From positions 20,894,001 to 20,958,000 of the forward strand of contig NC_043022.1 of the NCBI RefSeq assembly GCF_006345805.1: a stretch of DNA of 64,000 nucleotides, written 5' to 3'. The position numbers were made by a program, and so were the translations under genes. This document shows, piece by piece, positions 1 through 12,409 of this stretch. A model generated the notes under the pieces. That model was not told the origin of the DNA, did not search any database, and saw only the letters and a program-made list of their open reading frames with translations. The DNA is from Octopus sinensis. Its lineage: Eukaryota. Within the stretch, counting starts at the first letter, position 1, and each line of letters begins with the position of its first letter.

Positions 1-11
1 GAATAAAGAGA

Positions 12-44
<33 letters not shown>

Positions 45-47
<3 letters not shown>

Positions 48-141
48 AAATTAATATGTAACAATTATTCAATAGCCAAGATAAAACTCTGAGTTTCGGA
101 TGCCAAAGTGGAAATCCACAACACCATCTCTTCGGTTATCT
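45..141 (-). mobile_element. Penelope-like terminal repeat remnant (family P1) with hammerhead-like fold
   Basis: Near-identical to 3795-3966; abuts (TA)n at 13-43; minus strand reads AGATAA-CCGAAGA-GATG..CATC-C-GAAA-CTCAGAG-TT-TTATCT. Confidence 0.55.
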
Positions 142-384
142 GCATGGCAATTTCTCAATTTTTTTCATTTTCTCATTCATATATATATATATACATATAT
201 GTGTGTGTAGTATTTTATACGTAAATATAAGGGGGAACCACTATGTGGAAACCCTTACGCTAGAAAAAGATCCGCTATGGTCTCAACCACTAAGAATTGT
301 TCTCCAGAAAATTTAGCACACCAGAAACGTAAGCGAGTAAGACATGAAAAATAACGTATGTATGTATGTATGAATGTATCTATG

Positions 385-570
385 TATGTGTGTGTTTATG
401 TATATACGACGGGCTTTTTTCAGTTTCCACCTACCAAGTCCACTCGCAAGGCTTTAGTCAACCCGGAGCTATAGTAGAAGACACTTGCCCAAGGTGCCAC
501 GCAGTGAGACTGAACCTGGAGCCATGTGGTTCGGAAGAAAACTTCATATCACACACAGCCACGCTTGCGC
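385..570 (-). mobile_element. SINE family B, 5' half (tRNA head plus CORE-like segment)
   Basis: Reverse complement of the GGCTGTGTGG...CACCTTGGGCAAGTGTCTT...GAAACTGAAA family seen about 15 times in the window. Confidence 0.8.
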
Positions 571-829
571 CCTCAGTTTTTTGTTCTTAACGAACAAAGG
601 AAAATAGAAAGCAGAAAAGACCAAGCTTATCGAAGAAGCATTTAGCTTCACATCAAAAGTTAAAGAATGAAGTTGAGGGTAAAATGGCTGCTGATAGAAC
701 ATTCTAACTTGAGAAGTCCGGAAACTTAAGCGTAGAGATAAGCAGGGCTTGGCAATTAGTTGATAATATTTGGCGAGAAGTCTTAAGTAGTTTCATTTAT
801 ATCACCGATTAACATACAAGGGGCAGTTG

Positions 830-865
830 CCACCACTACCACCACCACCACCACCACCACCGCTG

Positions 866-914
<49 letters not shown>

Positions 915-933
915 CACTACTACTACTACTACT
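830..933. repeat. (ACC)n then (CTA)n microsatellite
   Basis: Direct reading; explains the poly-P/poly-L ORF 827-1012. Confidence 0.95.
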
Positions 934-934
934 C

Positions 935-1150
935 TTTTATTTGTTTCAGTCATTTGACTGGAGCACCGCCTTTATAGCCCAGCAGATCGACCCCAGGACT
1001 TATTCTTTGTAAACCTAGTACTTATTCTATCGGTCTCTTTCGCCGAACTGCTATGTTATGGGGATGTAAACACACCAGCATCGGTTGTCAAGCGATGTTG
1101 GCGGGGACAAACACAGACACACAAACACAAACATATGCACACACATATAT
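935..1150 (-). mobile_element. SINE family B, 3' part
   Basis: TTGTTTCAGTCATTTGACTG...CTTATTCTATCGG...GTTGTCAAGCG matches other B copies. Confidence 0.8.
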
Positions 1151-1454
1151 GAACTCTCTTCATATTAAATATTTTAACTGGACAAAATGCTTTGCAACTT
1201 TTCATATGTACATATAACGCAGGTGTCCCAAGGCGATACTTATTCTATCGGCCTCTTTCGCCGAACCGCTAAGTTACGGGGATGTAAACACACCAGCATC
1301 GGTTGTCAAGCGATGTTGGCGGGGACAAACACAGACACACAAACACAAACATATGCACACACATATATGAACTCTCTTCATATTAAATATTTTAACTGGA
1401 CAAAATGCTTTGCAGCTTTTCATGTGTGCATATAACGCAGGCGTCCCAAGGCGA
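1019..1454. repeat. 218-bp tandem duplication (1019-1236 / 1237-1454)
   Basis: Two consecutive copies of TACTTATTCTATCGG...CCCAAGGCGA including non-SINE flank, a few substitutions. Confidence 0.85.
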
Positions 1455-1825
1455 GCTCAGTGTGGACGGAAACCACACCCTGAGAAAAAGGGCAAAAGCT
1501 CGCTCGATCTTGATTTTCAGTACTAATACGACGACGAGGAGCGGGCGAGTACGAACGAACAAACAAGCGAGTGAGCGAGCGAGTGCGTTGTCAGCCAGAA
1601 CATGAGACAAAGGGTAACAAGTTTTCGGTGCATATGTTAAATAATAATATGTTCTGAGTTCAGAAGCCATTGGTGTCGACTTTGCCTTTCATCCTTTTCG
1701 GGATCAATAAAATAAGTACCCGAAATTGCTGACATTGTGCCAAAATTTGATGCCAATATAAGTGCGGTTGTTATGAACACAACAGGTCAGAGATTAAACG
1801 TTACCAGAAATCACAGCATCTAGAG

Positions 1826-2026
1826 CAGTGGTTTTCAACCAGGGTTCCGCCAGTACAGTCCAGGGGTTCCACAAGAAGTTACAAAACTGCTAAAATCGGC
1901 AGTAATTTTTAATTCTCCTGTGCAGATATGTGTGCATAAGACTATTAAATTATTGCACAGGGGTTCCCCGAGCCAGTGGAATGTTTCCTTGGGGTTCCGC
2001 TCCAGCAAAAAGTTTGAAAAGCACTG
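1826..2026. mobile_element. hAT (Charlie-type) MITE family H1
   Basis: CAGTG...CACTG termini; 8-bp TSD ATCTAGAG/CTCTAGAG; second copy at 61665-61865. Confidence 0.85.
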
Positions 2027-2034
2027 CTCTAGAG

Positions 2035-2956
2035 CAATGCTCCGTAACCGGTATGCCGCGGCACGATGCTAGGTGTAACCCGAGTGTAATTTTTTTCCCC
2101 CTATACTTTTAGTTATGTTTTTAGTTCAATTGTGCCGCCGAATTTTGAAAAGAATATAAGTGTACCCACAAGGGGCTAAACACAGAGAGGACAAACAATG
2201 ACAGACACACGGATTAAGTCGATTATTTCGGCCCCAGTGCGTAACTGGTACTTATTTAATCGACCCCGAAAGGATGAAAGGCAAAGTCGACCTCGGTGGA
2301 ATTTGAACTCAGAACATAGCGGCAGACGAATAACCTATTTCTTTACTACCCACATGGGGCTAAACACAGAGAGGACAAACAAGGACAGACACTCGAATTA
2401 AGTCGATTATTTCGGCCCCAGTGCGTAACTGGTACTTATTTAATCGACCCCGAAAGGATGAAAGGCAAAGTCGACCTCAGTGGAATTTAAACGCAGAACA
2501 TAGCGGCAGACGAAACACCTATTTCTTTACTACCCACAAGGGGCTAAACACAAAGATGACAAACAAGGACAGACACACGGATTAAGTCGATTATATCGAC
2601 TCCAGTGCGTAACTGGTACTTATTTAATCGACCCCGAAAGGATGATAGGCAAAGTCGACCTCGGCGGAATTTGAACGCAGAACATAGCGGCAGACGAAAT
2701 ACCTATTTCTTTACTACCCACAAGGTGCTAAACACAGAGAGGACAAACAAGAACAGATAAACGGATTAAGTTGATTATATCGACCCCAGTGCGTAACTGG
2801 TACTTATTTAATCGACCTCGAAAGGATGACAGGCAAAGTCGACCTCGGTGGAATTTGAACGCAGAACATAGTGGCAAACAAAATACCGCTAAGCATTTCG
2901 TCCGGCGTGCATAAGAATATAAGTGTACCGCAAGTGAAAAAGGGTTGTGGGGCACT
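2035..2956. mobile_element. hAT MITE family H2, interrupted by a SINE array
   Basis: CAATG...CACTG termini; TSD CTCTAGAG/CTCTTGAG; opposite-strand relative at about 43776-43960. Confidence 0.7.
2167..2912 (-). mobile_element. SINE family A tandem array (about 4 units of about 178 bp)
   Basis: Repeated CACAAGGGGCTAAACACAGAG...GGCAGACGAAATACC; 17-bp TSD AAGAATATAAGTGTACC at 2150-2166 and 2913-2929. Confidence 0.9.
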
Positions 2957-3794
2957 GCTCTTGAGGAGTTGAACTCAGTGATTAAATATGAACAAAGTTT
3001 ATGGTTTTACAGTTCTGCTCTCTGTAGCGAAGGACTGTACAGACTTGAACTGAGCTCTTGATAGCTAAGTGCCTTCGGCTAAAAGCAAAGAGTAAAAACA
3101 ATAACAGGATATAGACGGCCGATCCTGCAGTTGGTAGTCCACTCCTACCCTTGTGTCAGCTGCAGCTTTGATAAACAATCAACTACACAGACTATACTTG
3201 AACCAAATGCCTGTTTCGTTAATCGTCTTCGTTGGCCGCCATTTTGAATATTATCCTTAAATTCCATTGTATAATTGCCACGCCGTTAATGTTCATTTAG
3301 CTCAATGCATGGGTGAGTGGGAGCCTCATTTTAATAACTGATTGAATTGCGTAACTTATTAAACCGCTACATACTGCAGAATCTTGTCATATAAGCAGGT
3401 CTAGAAAGGGCGAAGTTGCTAGTAGTTTCAACGTATATCTGCATTAAGGTCAAATGATAGATACATTGCAGATAAGTCCGTCGGAGCTTTTAAACAAAAG
3501 TAACAATGAACAACTGAGTGAGATTGAAATATTAAAAACAAAATACTCTTCAGCAATCATATCATTGTTGTATATTCTTCAAATAAAATTCTGGATGATT
3601 CAAAAAAACATTTAAGTACCTACTTTATGAAGTCTGAGTGGATATGAGAAAAAGCTTTGTTCAAAGACACATACACACACACACACGCGCAGGAACATGT
3701 ACATGTATATATGTTTAAATATACGTCTATATATGTATGTGCATTTATACGTCTATGTATGTGTGTATATAGATAGGTATATATATGTATATTT

Positions 3795-3966
3795 ATATAT
3801 TGATAAAACGGTAAGATAACAAAAGAAAGAAAGAGACCTCAATATTATGTAAATAGAGGAAATTTATCTATACAATATGTTACATTACTCGGTAGTCAAG
3901 ATAAAACTCTGAGTTTCAGATGCCGAAGTGGAAATCCACAACACCATCTCATCGGTTATCTGGCTA
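3795..3966 (-). mobile_element. Penelope-like terminal repeat remnant (family P1), second copy
   Basis: Matches 45-141; next to TA-rich repeats; hammerhead-like fold at 3893-3966. Confidence 0.55.
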
Positions 3967-4191
3967 TTTGAAAACGTTATGAAAAAATATACCGTTAAAA
4001 ATGAAGGGAAATTACTCTGTTATAACTCTGCTTTGCCTGCGTACTTATACATCGCTCGCATTTTTCGTCATAAAAATTATATAAAAATACATAAAAATAT
4101 ATAAAAATATATATAAACATACATATATTTTATATATATATAATAAATAAATATATATATATATACACATATATATATATATATAATAAAT

Positions 4192-4435
4192 GAGCCCTTT
4201 TAAAGCCTAGCCAGGATCATGGGCCCGGTTTCCTGGTTTCTATGGCGTATGTGTTCCCCAGCTGGACGGGATGCCAGTCCATCGCATCGCTACTCAATTT
4301 TGCCAGCTGAGTGGTCTGGAGCAACGTGAAATGAAGTGTTTTGCTCAAGAACACAACTCATCGCCCGGTCCAGGAATCGAAACTACAATCTTACGATCAT
4401 GGTGCTGACACCCTAACCACTAAGCCATGCGTCTC

Positions 4436-4438
<3 letters not shown>
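4192..4438 (-). mobile_element. SINE family C (tRNA head, CACGTTGCTCCAGTCCACTCAGCTGGC core)
   Basis: Minus strand starts with GCATGGCTTAGTGGTTAGGG (A-box-like) and GTTTCGATTCC (B-box-like); related to 24822-25085. Confidence 0.8.
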
Positions 4439-4467
<29 letters not shown>

Positions 4468-4928
4468 ATACGACTGTCACTCAGAATCTAGGATGTTTTT
4501 TTTTAAAATAACAAGTAGATTACGCTTTCGTTAATCGTTTTAGATGACAATATGGTGTCTATACGGACTCGAGTAGGCACAGGCACCCTCTCTCAGCCCT
4601 CTTGCTCTTGACCCAACAAAACATTGTGGAGGATGTCAGGAGAGAGAGAGAGAGAGACAAAGACAGATAGAAAGAGAGAGAGGGAATTTGTACGAGAGAG
4701 TGAGGGGGGGAAAATGGGTGGAAAGTATAAAGAGAGGGAGGGAGGGACAGGAGAAAAGCGGAGGAACATAGAGAAAGGGGTGCGCCATCAATCAGCTGAC
4801 ACTACAACGTGAAATGAAGTGCCTCGCTCAAGGACAAAAAACACATACACGCACACAAACATATGTGTAGTGTACACACATACACACACACGCACGCACG
4901 CACACGTTTATATACATCGCATATATAC

Positions 4929-5160
4929 AAGGCGACGAGCTGGCAGAATCGTTAGCATACCGGGTGAAATGCTTAGCGGTATTTCGTCTGCCATTACGTT
5001 CTGAGTTCAAATTCCGCCATGGTCGACTTTGCCTTTCATCCTTTCGGGGTCGATAAATTAAGTACCAGTTACGCACTGGGGTCGATGTAATTGACTTATT
5101 CCCTTTGTCTGTCATTGTTTGTCCCCTCTATGTTTAGCCCCTTGTGGGCAATGAAGAAAT
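4929..5160 (+). mobile_element. SINE family A, full monomer
   Basis: GGCGACGAGCTGGCAGAATCGTTAGC (A-box-like), GAGTTCAAATTCC (B-box-like), tail AGCCCCTTGTGGG..AAGAAAT. Confidence 0.9.
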
Positions 5161-5492
5161 ATATATACATTGCATGATCGGATGTTGTTATATATCACTG
5201 ACCACAATGTGCTTTGCATTGCTGTAGCTTTGGAACGATGTCACCCCGCTAGCTAGGCAAGCAGGGCAACGTATCTCCTAATGGGGAGGTAAGTCCGTCG
5301 CAGGGTTACCTATTTACAGTTGGGTGAACTGGGACAACGTGAAATGAAGTGTTTTTTGCTCAAGATCACAGCGCGCTACCGGTTCGAGAATGGAACCCGC
5401 AATTTAAAGATCGTGAAGGCAACACCCTAACTGCAAGGCCACGCACCTTCACACACACATACACACATAACACACGTGTATGTATGTATGTC

Positions 5493-5650
5493 ATTATTCA
5501 GGTTTTATTTCAAGATTTCTTGCCAATAGAGAAAGAGCCGGTTTCTAAACTAGATCCAAGGATCCTTCAGTGGAATTTCAACATCTGCATGGTATTTTGG
5601 CATGTATGCGTGTATTTGTGCAGTATTTGGAGTCAGTGCATGTGCAAATT
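5493..5650 (-). mobile_element. Unclassified interspersed retroposon with (CATA)n-type end
   Basis: Homologous to 37125-37440; 47340-47480 matches the same family on the opposite strand. Confidence 0.55.
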
Positions 5651-5784
5651 TGTCTGTTTTGTTTTATGCATGTATTCTCATGCATATAGTTGCATGTCAA
5701 GACGTACCCATATAAATTTAAATGGTAAACTTCTGGAAAGTTTAACAAATTTTACAGTTCCGATGATGGCTTGGATCCGTAGTC

Positions 5785-6215
5785 TTTAGTTAGTTAGTTA
5801 ATTTAGTTAATTTTTTGGCTCAAAAAGCAAAAAAGCAAGGCCATGTAGGGGAACATGGAGTTATGTACTGGGTGGTGTTCATGTAAAGAGTTCAGGCCAC
5901 TTGTGATCAAGGGAGACTTTGAACCGAGCGGTCGTCGGCATCTTCACCATCTCGTCCGGTAGCTTATTCCACGGATCCGCAACCCGGACGGAGAAAGCCC
6001 CTCTCCTTCGATTGAGATGAAATCGTCGCAGATAGAGCTTTTCGGAATGACCCCGCTGCCGACGCTCTGGAGCAGGAGTGAAGAGCAGCTCCTTCGAGAG
6101 GTTACACTTTCCGCTTAGGATGTTGTGAGCAAGAATGAGATCACCACGGCGTTGTCGTTTTTCTAGAGAATAAAGGTCGAGCGTCTTCAGCCTTTCTTCC
6201 AGCTTCCTCGTTTCC
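5785..6215 (-). mobile_element. CR1-type LINE 3' end (RT C-terminus plus 3' UTR), 5'-truncated
   Basis: ORF 5879-6283: LKTLDLYSLEKRQRRGDLI...RGHSEKL...FSVRVADPWNKLP, the typical CR1-clade ORF2 C-terminus; (ACTA)n-like tail. Confidence 0.85.
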
Positions 6216-6549
6216 GGTTTTGAGGAGCCTGATTTCTCAAGATTGGTACTTAGACAATGAGCTACATTATCCCAGTGCTCCAATAATTACAGGTATAGAC
6301 CTGAACTTGTGATCTGGGTAGAATAACTGTAGATATTAGTTTAGCGTAGGTGTTTCTTTTTCACTGGGCAACTGATTTCTGCTGCTGTACACCGTTTCCA
6401 TTCTCTGTCCCAAATCATTATATATCCATCAGTCTATCATCGGAACATTAAGGAAAATGTAACAAAACTATTTATATAAAAGAGAAACATTTTAAATAAT
6501 AACATATAGGAAATTTTAAGGTTTAGCTTTCAATATCCTTTTCTACTCT

Positions 6550-7140
6550 AGACAGAAAGCCCGAAATTTTTGGGGAGGGTGCCAGTCGAGTAAATTGACC
6601 CCAGTACGCAATTGGTACTTAATTTATCGACCCAGAAAGGCTGAAAGGCAAACTCGACCTCGGTGGAATTTGAACTCAGAACGTAAAGAAGAAATACCGA
6701 TAAGCATTTCGCCCGGCATACTAACGGTTCTTATTTCTTTATTGCCCACAAGGGGCTAAACATAGAGGTGACAAACAAGGACAGACAAACAGATTAAGTC
6801 GATTACATCGATCCCAGTGCGTAACTGGTACTTATTTAATCGACCCCAAAAGGATGAAAGTCAAAGTCGACCCCGGTGGAATTTGAACTCAGAACGTAAA
6901 GACGAAATACCTATTTCTTTACTACCCACAAGGGGCTAAACACAGAGGAGACAAACAAGGACAGACAAAGGGATTAAGTCGATTACATCGACCCCAGTGC
7001 GTAACTAGTACTTAATTTATCGACCTCGAAAGGATGAAAGACAAAGTCGACCTCGGCGGAATTTGAACTCAGGACGTAAAACCGGACGAAATGTTGCTAA
7101 GCATTTTGCCTAGCGTGCTAACAATTCTGTCAGCTCGCCC
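6550..7140 (-). mobile_element. SINE family A tandem/nested cluster
   Basis: Three repeats of GTCGACCTCGG(T/C)GGAATTTGAACTCAG. Confidence 0.85.
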
Positions 7141-7204
7141 ATTCAACTCATAATATCAACGACTGTCTTCTATTTTTTTCCACATTTACATGTATTCATT
7201 AAGT

Positions 7205-7452
7205 TGTGTCCTTGAGCAAGACACTTTATTTCACGTTGCTCCAGTCCACTCAGCTGGCAAAAATGAGTTGTACTTGTAGTTCAAAGGAGCCAGCCTTGTC
7301 ACACTCTATGTCACGCTGAATCTGCCTGAGAAATACGTTAAGGGTACATGTGTCTGTGGAGTGCTCAGCCACTTGCACGTAAATTTCACGAGCAGAATGT
7401 TCCATTGATCGTATCAGCTGGGACCCTCGTCGTCGTAACCGACGGAGTGCTC
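7205..7452 (+). mobile_element. SINE family C body with the shared C/D 3' tail
   Basis: CCTTGAGCAAGACACTTTATTTCACGTTGCTCC...GTCGTAACCGACGGAGTGC. Confidence 0.75.
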
Positions 7453-7459
7453 CTTAATA

Positions 7460-8097
7460 ATGTATGTGTGTGTGTATGTATGTATGTATGTATGTATGTA
7501 CATACGTACGTACGTATGTATGCCTGTATACATGGATACATGTATGTATGTATATGTATATATGGAGTATGTATATGTGCATGTATGTATGGATGCATGC
7601 GTGTATATATGTACGTACGTACGTACGTACGTATATATGCTGTATACATGTATCTATGTATGTACGAAGTATGTATGTGTGTATGTATGTATGTATGTAT
7701 GTATGTATGTATGTATGCGTGTGTACGTGTGTGATTATATATACGTACATGTTTCTGTGCTTGCGTATACGTATATATGAGTTACTTGCAGTGGCCCCTC
7801 TCACTGTCACATGAAACAGCCTTCCACAACCACCACACGCGGGGACCCCATCACATAATATCCAGGATCAGCGCAGTTGTGTCAGGTGATCCTCTGTAAA
7901 TGTTGATGGCGTCTCTCTGGACGCCTTACGCCGGCCAATGGCCACGAAATAAAGGGAGCGAGACGCTCTTTCCAGTCTTCGTGTTTGTATGGGGTTCTTG
8001 TTAGTTCGTGGGGGTCTTGTAGGGGGGAAGGACGAATGGCCTGTGATTGAGTATGTGTGTTCGTGTGTGTGTGTGTGTGGATATAAGCGTGTGTCCA

Positions 8098-8140
<43 letters not shown>

Positions 8141-8875
8141 ATATAAGCGTGTGTCCATTTGTGTGTGTGTGTGTGTGTGTGTGTGTTCTGTATAACTGTG
8201 TTTTTGTTTACACACGAATTGTGTATATTTGTGTGGATTCAAGGGTGTATGTATGTCCGTGTGTATGTATATATGTACGTACGTATGTATGTATGCATGC
8301 ATACATACACACACATGTAAGTACATACACACGTATATATATATATATAATATATATATATATATGTACATATACATATGTATATATATATATATGTACA
8401 TATATATATATGTACATATGTATATATATATATATATACACGTATATATATATGTATATATATAGGTATGTATATGCGCATACACACTTGGATAACCACA
8501 ACTATACCTATAAATATACGTGTGTTTGTGTGTGTGTGTATATACACACACACATACAATCGCGCACATAAAATATACACGAGTATGTGCATATATATGT
8601 ACTGATATATATGCGTGTATATGTAAGTATGTGAGTGTATGTGTGTGGATGTGCATATGTGTATTTGTATGTGTGTGAAATTTGCTGTTGCTTTTTTTAT
8701 ATGTGTACATGATTTTGGGGTACGATGGTGTGGATGTACCCGTTTGTGCATTTCGTGCAAGTGTGTGTATGTGTGCATGCGTGCGTTGATGAGATGACTG
8801 CGTGACGTGTGTGCAAGTGTGTATAGGATGTGTGCGTATATGTGTATGTTTTTGTGGTATGCGGTGTAAGCGATG

Positions 8876-8910
<35 letters not shown>
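7460..8910. repeat. Compound (GTAT)n/(GT)n/(TA)n microsatellite field with short unique islands
   Basis: Direct reading; source of all the YVCM/HTHT ORFs. Confidence 0.9.
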
Positions 8911-9832
8911 GGGATGTGGTGTTTGTGTTTATGTAGGGTGATCTTCAAGGACACATGCCAACATGTCTAGATAGAACAAGTTAAAGCTTACAAGCTAAAC
9001 GACGACGACGACGACGACCACCACCCACTACGTCATCACGCCATCATCCCCCGTCACCATCACCACCCGAACAAGCCACTTTGACAGCCGACAGGAATAG
9101 AGGTATCTATCTTATGTACATTAGGATGAAACTGTAAGAGCGAGGAGACAGAGAGTGAAACACGAACCCGCGAAGCATAATTTCGGCTCGTAATCAGTGC
9201 TATTGGTTCTGATTAACAGCTGCGAATTTATGTACTAAGACCACTTCACAAGAGTTGACCTGTTCTCAAGTCAATTGGGATAAGCCTGCTTTAGAAACGG
9301 ATATGTTTTCATATGCTGTCGTCTGGGTCGATGTAAAGCAGAAAAGAAAAGAAAAGAAAGGAAAAAATTGATGAAAACTTCAGCTGTTTTTATTCTATTT
9401 TATTTCTTGTTCTTTTTTTTTTCTTTGACAATGTTTATCCTCTTCCTAGTTTGGTGTCAATATTGAAAGAAGGTCTCTGTAAAAACTGTACGATTTGTTT
9501 GACACCATCATAACAAATATACCCTCTTCTCCTACCTGTCTGAGCACACACCGTTACGTGAAGTCATCTCATACGGCGGATGTCCCGATTTATAGGGTAC
9601 AAGTTAGAGCTGGTAAAGTTTATATGTCCGATAGACTAAACTACTTTCATTCTTGAACGAAAATAAGATTAACATACAAAAACAAAAAAACAAAACAAAA
9701 CAAAATAAAAACAGAAATGAATAGTCTTTTATTATCATTAAGGCGACGAGACCAGCACAATCGTCAATGATCACATTGTAATTGACTTATCCTGTCCCAC
9801 GAAATCGCTGGTCTTGTGCTAAAATTTGAAAC

Positions 9833-9889
<57 letters not shown>

Positions 9890-9892
<3 letters not shown>

Positions 9893-10380
9893 GGCGGCAA
9901 GCTGCCAGATTCGTTAGCACGCCGGACAAAATACTTTGCCGTTCATCCTTTCGGGGTGGATAAATTAAGTACCAGTGAAACACTGGGGTCGATGTAATCG
10001 ACCTACCCCTTCCTCACAAATTTCAGGCCTTGTGCTTTTAGTAGAAAGGGGACTATTGATACTGTTATTAAGCTAGTAGGATCATTAGCACCCCGAGCAA
10101 AATGCTTGGTGGAATTTCGTCCATCAATAGGTTCTGAGTTCAAATTCCGCCGCAGTCGACTTGGCCTTGTGCTTATAATAGAAAAGATTACGCCGGGGTC
10201 GACTTTGCCTTTCATCCTTTCGAGGTCGATAAATTAAGTACCAGTGAAATACTGGGGTCGATGTAATCAACTAGTTCCCTTCCCCCAAATTTCAGACCTT
10301 GTGCCTCCAGTAGAAAGGATTATTACTATCATTATTAAGGCCGCGAACTGGTAGATTCGTTAGCGCGTCGAACAAAATGC
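9890..10380 (+). mobile_element. SINE family A fragments (variant tail ending AAATTTGAAACC/(ATT)n)
   Basis: Several GGGGTCGATAAATTAAGTACCAG segments. Confidence 0.75.
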
Positions 10381-10880
10381 TTTGGACAAAGAAGGGGGTT
10401 AAATTGCTACGAAATAAGATCAGTTGTTCCTTCAGGGATGGCTTAATCCTTTACCTATTCTGTGTTTCACATATGATACCCAGGGCATATTTCCTTTTGT
10501 ATCCATACATCATATAGCTTACACATTCCCGATTTTTTGCAACCACCAAAGTAAGTTGGGGCTTATGAAAGAGAAGCTTTATATTACACAGAATGTTATG
10601 AAACAGGGGACTAACTAAAAAAAAAAAAAGCATGGGCATTCAGGACAAGCATGAAAATACTTTAAAGGGGCAAAGGTTTAAAGGGTGTCATTTATTTTGT
10701 TTTTAAGGAAGTATATCAAGTATAGCAGTATATCAACAGCGTGGTACCATAGACGAGGAAACAGTAGGATTTCAGACTAAAATGAAATCTTCAGGTGTAC
10801 CTATTTTATCCACTCATTGCATGATTCAAGAGGGAATAGTGACTAAAAAACTGGGTTTTTTATTTCTTCTTCGGAGCTAA

Positions 10881-11286
10881 TCTCTCTCTCTATATATATA
10901 TAAAGCTGAAGTTGTCTGTGTATGGCAGGTTTGGTAGCCTTCAATTAACTAACACTATCTCCTCCGAGACCCTGCCGCGCAAGTTGACCAAAATTGAGAG
11001 TATGATAGAAGAAGGCTTGCTCTTCCTTCTGTAGAAGAAAAAATTCAAATCGGACCATGTTAATACCAAAAATTATTTACATCAAAACGGTGGGGTTTTT
11101 TCTTATGAAAATCCCTATTTTTTACGATTTTTTGACTGCTGTGTCGCCATTTTTCGGTTTATTTCAAGCAGAAAAATGTTCACTTAAAGAGACTAACAAG
11201 CTACATAATGCAAAATTTTTACTTTTCAAAAATTCCAGTTCTAAAGGGTCGAAACAAACCCGAGCAACGCCGGGCGATACTGCTAG
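10881..11286 (+). mobile_element. Non-autonomous Helitron, family He1
   Basis: A|TCTCTC..TATATAAAGCTGAAG 5' end; 3' hairpin CCCGAGCAACGCCGGG then CTAG|T; no TSD; second copy at 60897-61248. Confidence 0.8.
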
Positions 11287-11538
11287 TTGCAGTAATACAA
11301 GATGCAGATAGAATTATTAACTTCATTAACGATCGCATTTTGAAAAGTCGTTTATTTACAAATTTGCCTAAGGTCGAATTACTTACTAATGGTAAAAATT
11401 CACCCTTATATTTCGTATCTATAACAAAAAAATTCTAATTATTTCTCAAATTATTTCATCAATTAAAGGGCTTGGGTATCTGGGAGTGTTGTTTGTGAGA
11501 CTAGCAAACATTCTGAAAGAACAGCGTTAGCACAATTC

Positions 11539-11749
11539 TACTCTTTTATTACTCTTTTACTTGTTTCAGTTATTTGACTGTGGCCATGCTGAAGCACCGC
11601 CTTTAGTCGAGCAAATCGACCCCATGACTTATTCTTTCTAAGCCTAGTACTTATTCTATCGGTCTCTTTTGCCAAACCGCTAAGTTACGGGGACGTAAAC
11701 ACATCAGCATCGGTTGTCAAGCGATGTTGGGGGGACAAACACAGACACA

Positions 11750-11800
<51 letters not shown>

Positions 11801-12007
11801 ACATACATACATACATACATAATACATACATACATACATACATACATACATACTTACTTCTTTCAGTTTCCGTCTGCCAAATCCACTCACAAAGCTTTGG
11901 TCGGCCCGAAGCTATAGTAGAAGACACTTGCCCAAGGTGCCACGTAGTGGGACTGAACCCGGAACCATCTGGTTCGTAAGCAAGCTACTTACCACACAGC
12001 CACTCCT
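11539..12007 (-). mobile_element. SINE family B, near full length with internal (CA)n/(CATA)n
   Basis: Head, CORE-like segment, microsatellite linker and tail all present. Confidence 0.9.
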
Positions 12008-12009
12008 AC

Positions 12010-12385
12010 TATAGGGACAAACCCTGAAATTTTGGGAGAGGATGCTAGTCAATTACATCGATCCCACTGTTCAACTAGTACTTATTTTATCGACTCCGAA
12101 AGGACGAAAGACTAAGTAGACCTCGTCGGAATTTGAACTCTGCCTGTAGCAGAGAGGATTATTATTATTAGTTTCGAATTTTAGCACAGGGCCAGCAATT
12201 TTAGGGGAGAGGATAAGTCGATTACATCATCCCCAGTGTTCAACTGATACTTATTTTATTGACACCGAAGGGATGAAACGCAAAGTGGACCTCGGCGGAA
12301 TTTGAACTCAGAACATAAAGACGGATGAAACGCCGCTAAGCATTTTACCCGGTGTGCTAACGGTTCTGCCAAGCTCGCGGTCTTA
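12010..12385 (-). mobile_element. SINE family A, two diverged copies
   Basis: GACCTCGGCGGAATTTGAACTC and CTAAGCATTTTACCCGG. Confidence 0.75.
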
Positions 12386-12409
12386 ATGCTGTTTTTAATA
12401 ATCATAAAT

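Noticed and set aside
2167-2912. Retrozyme call for the SINE A tandem unit
   Set aside because: No CUGANGA/GAAA hammerhead core on either strand of the unit; it has a tRNA-like head and TSDs
3235-3246. YY1-like motif GCCGCCATTTTG (ATGGCGGCC on the minus strand)
   Set aside because: A single motif; the minus-strand ORF stops after 7 codons; no supporting CpG island or exon
7348-8954. Long ORFs (up to 280 aa) of YVCM/HTHT/YIYI type, and similar ORFs at 13.7-15.3, 16.6-18.3, 35-37, 47.6 and 62.3 kb
   Set aside because: They are translations of di-, tri- and tetranucleotide microsatellites, open in several frames at once, with no domain content
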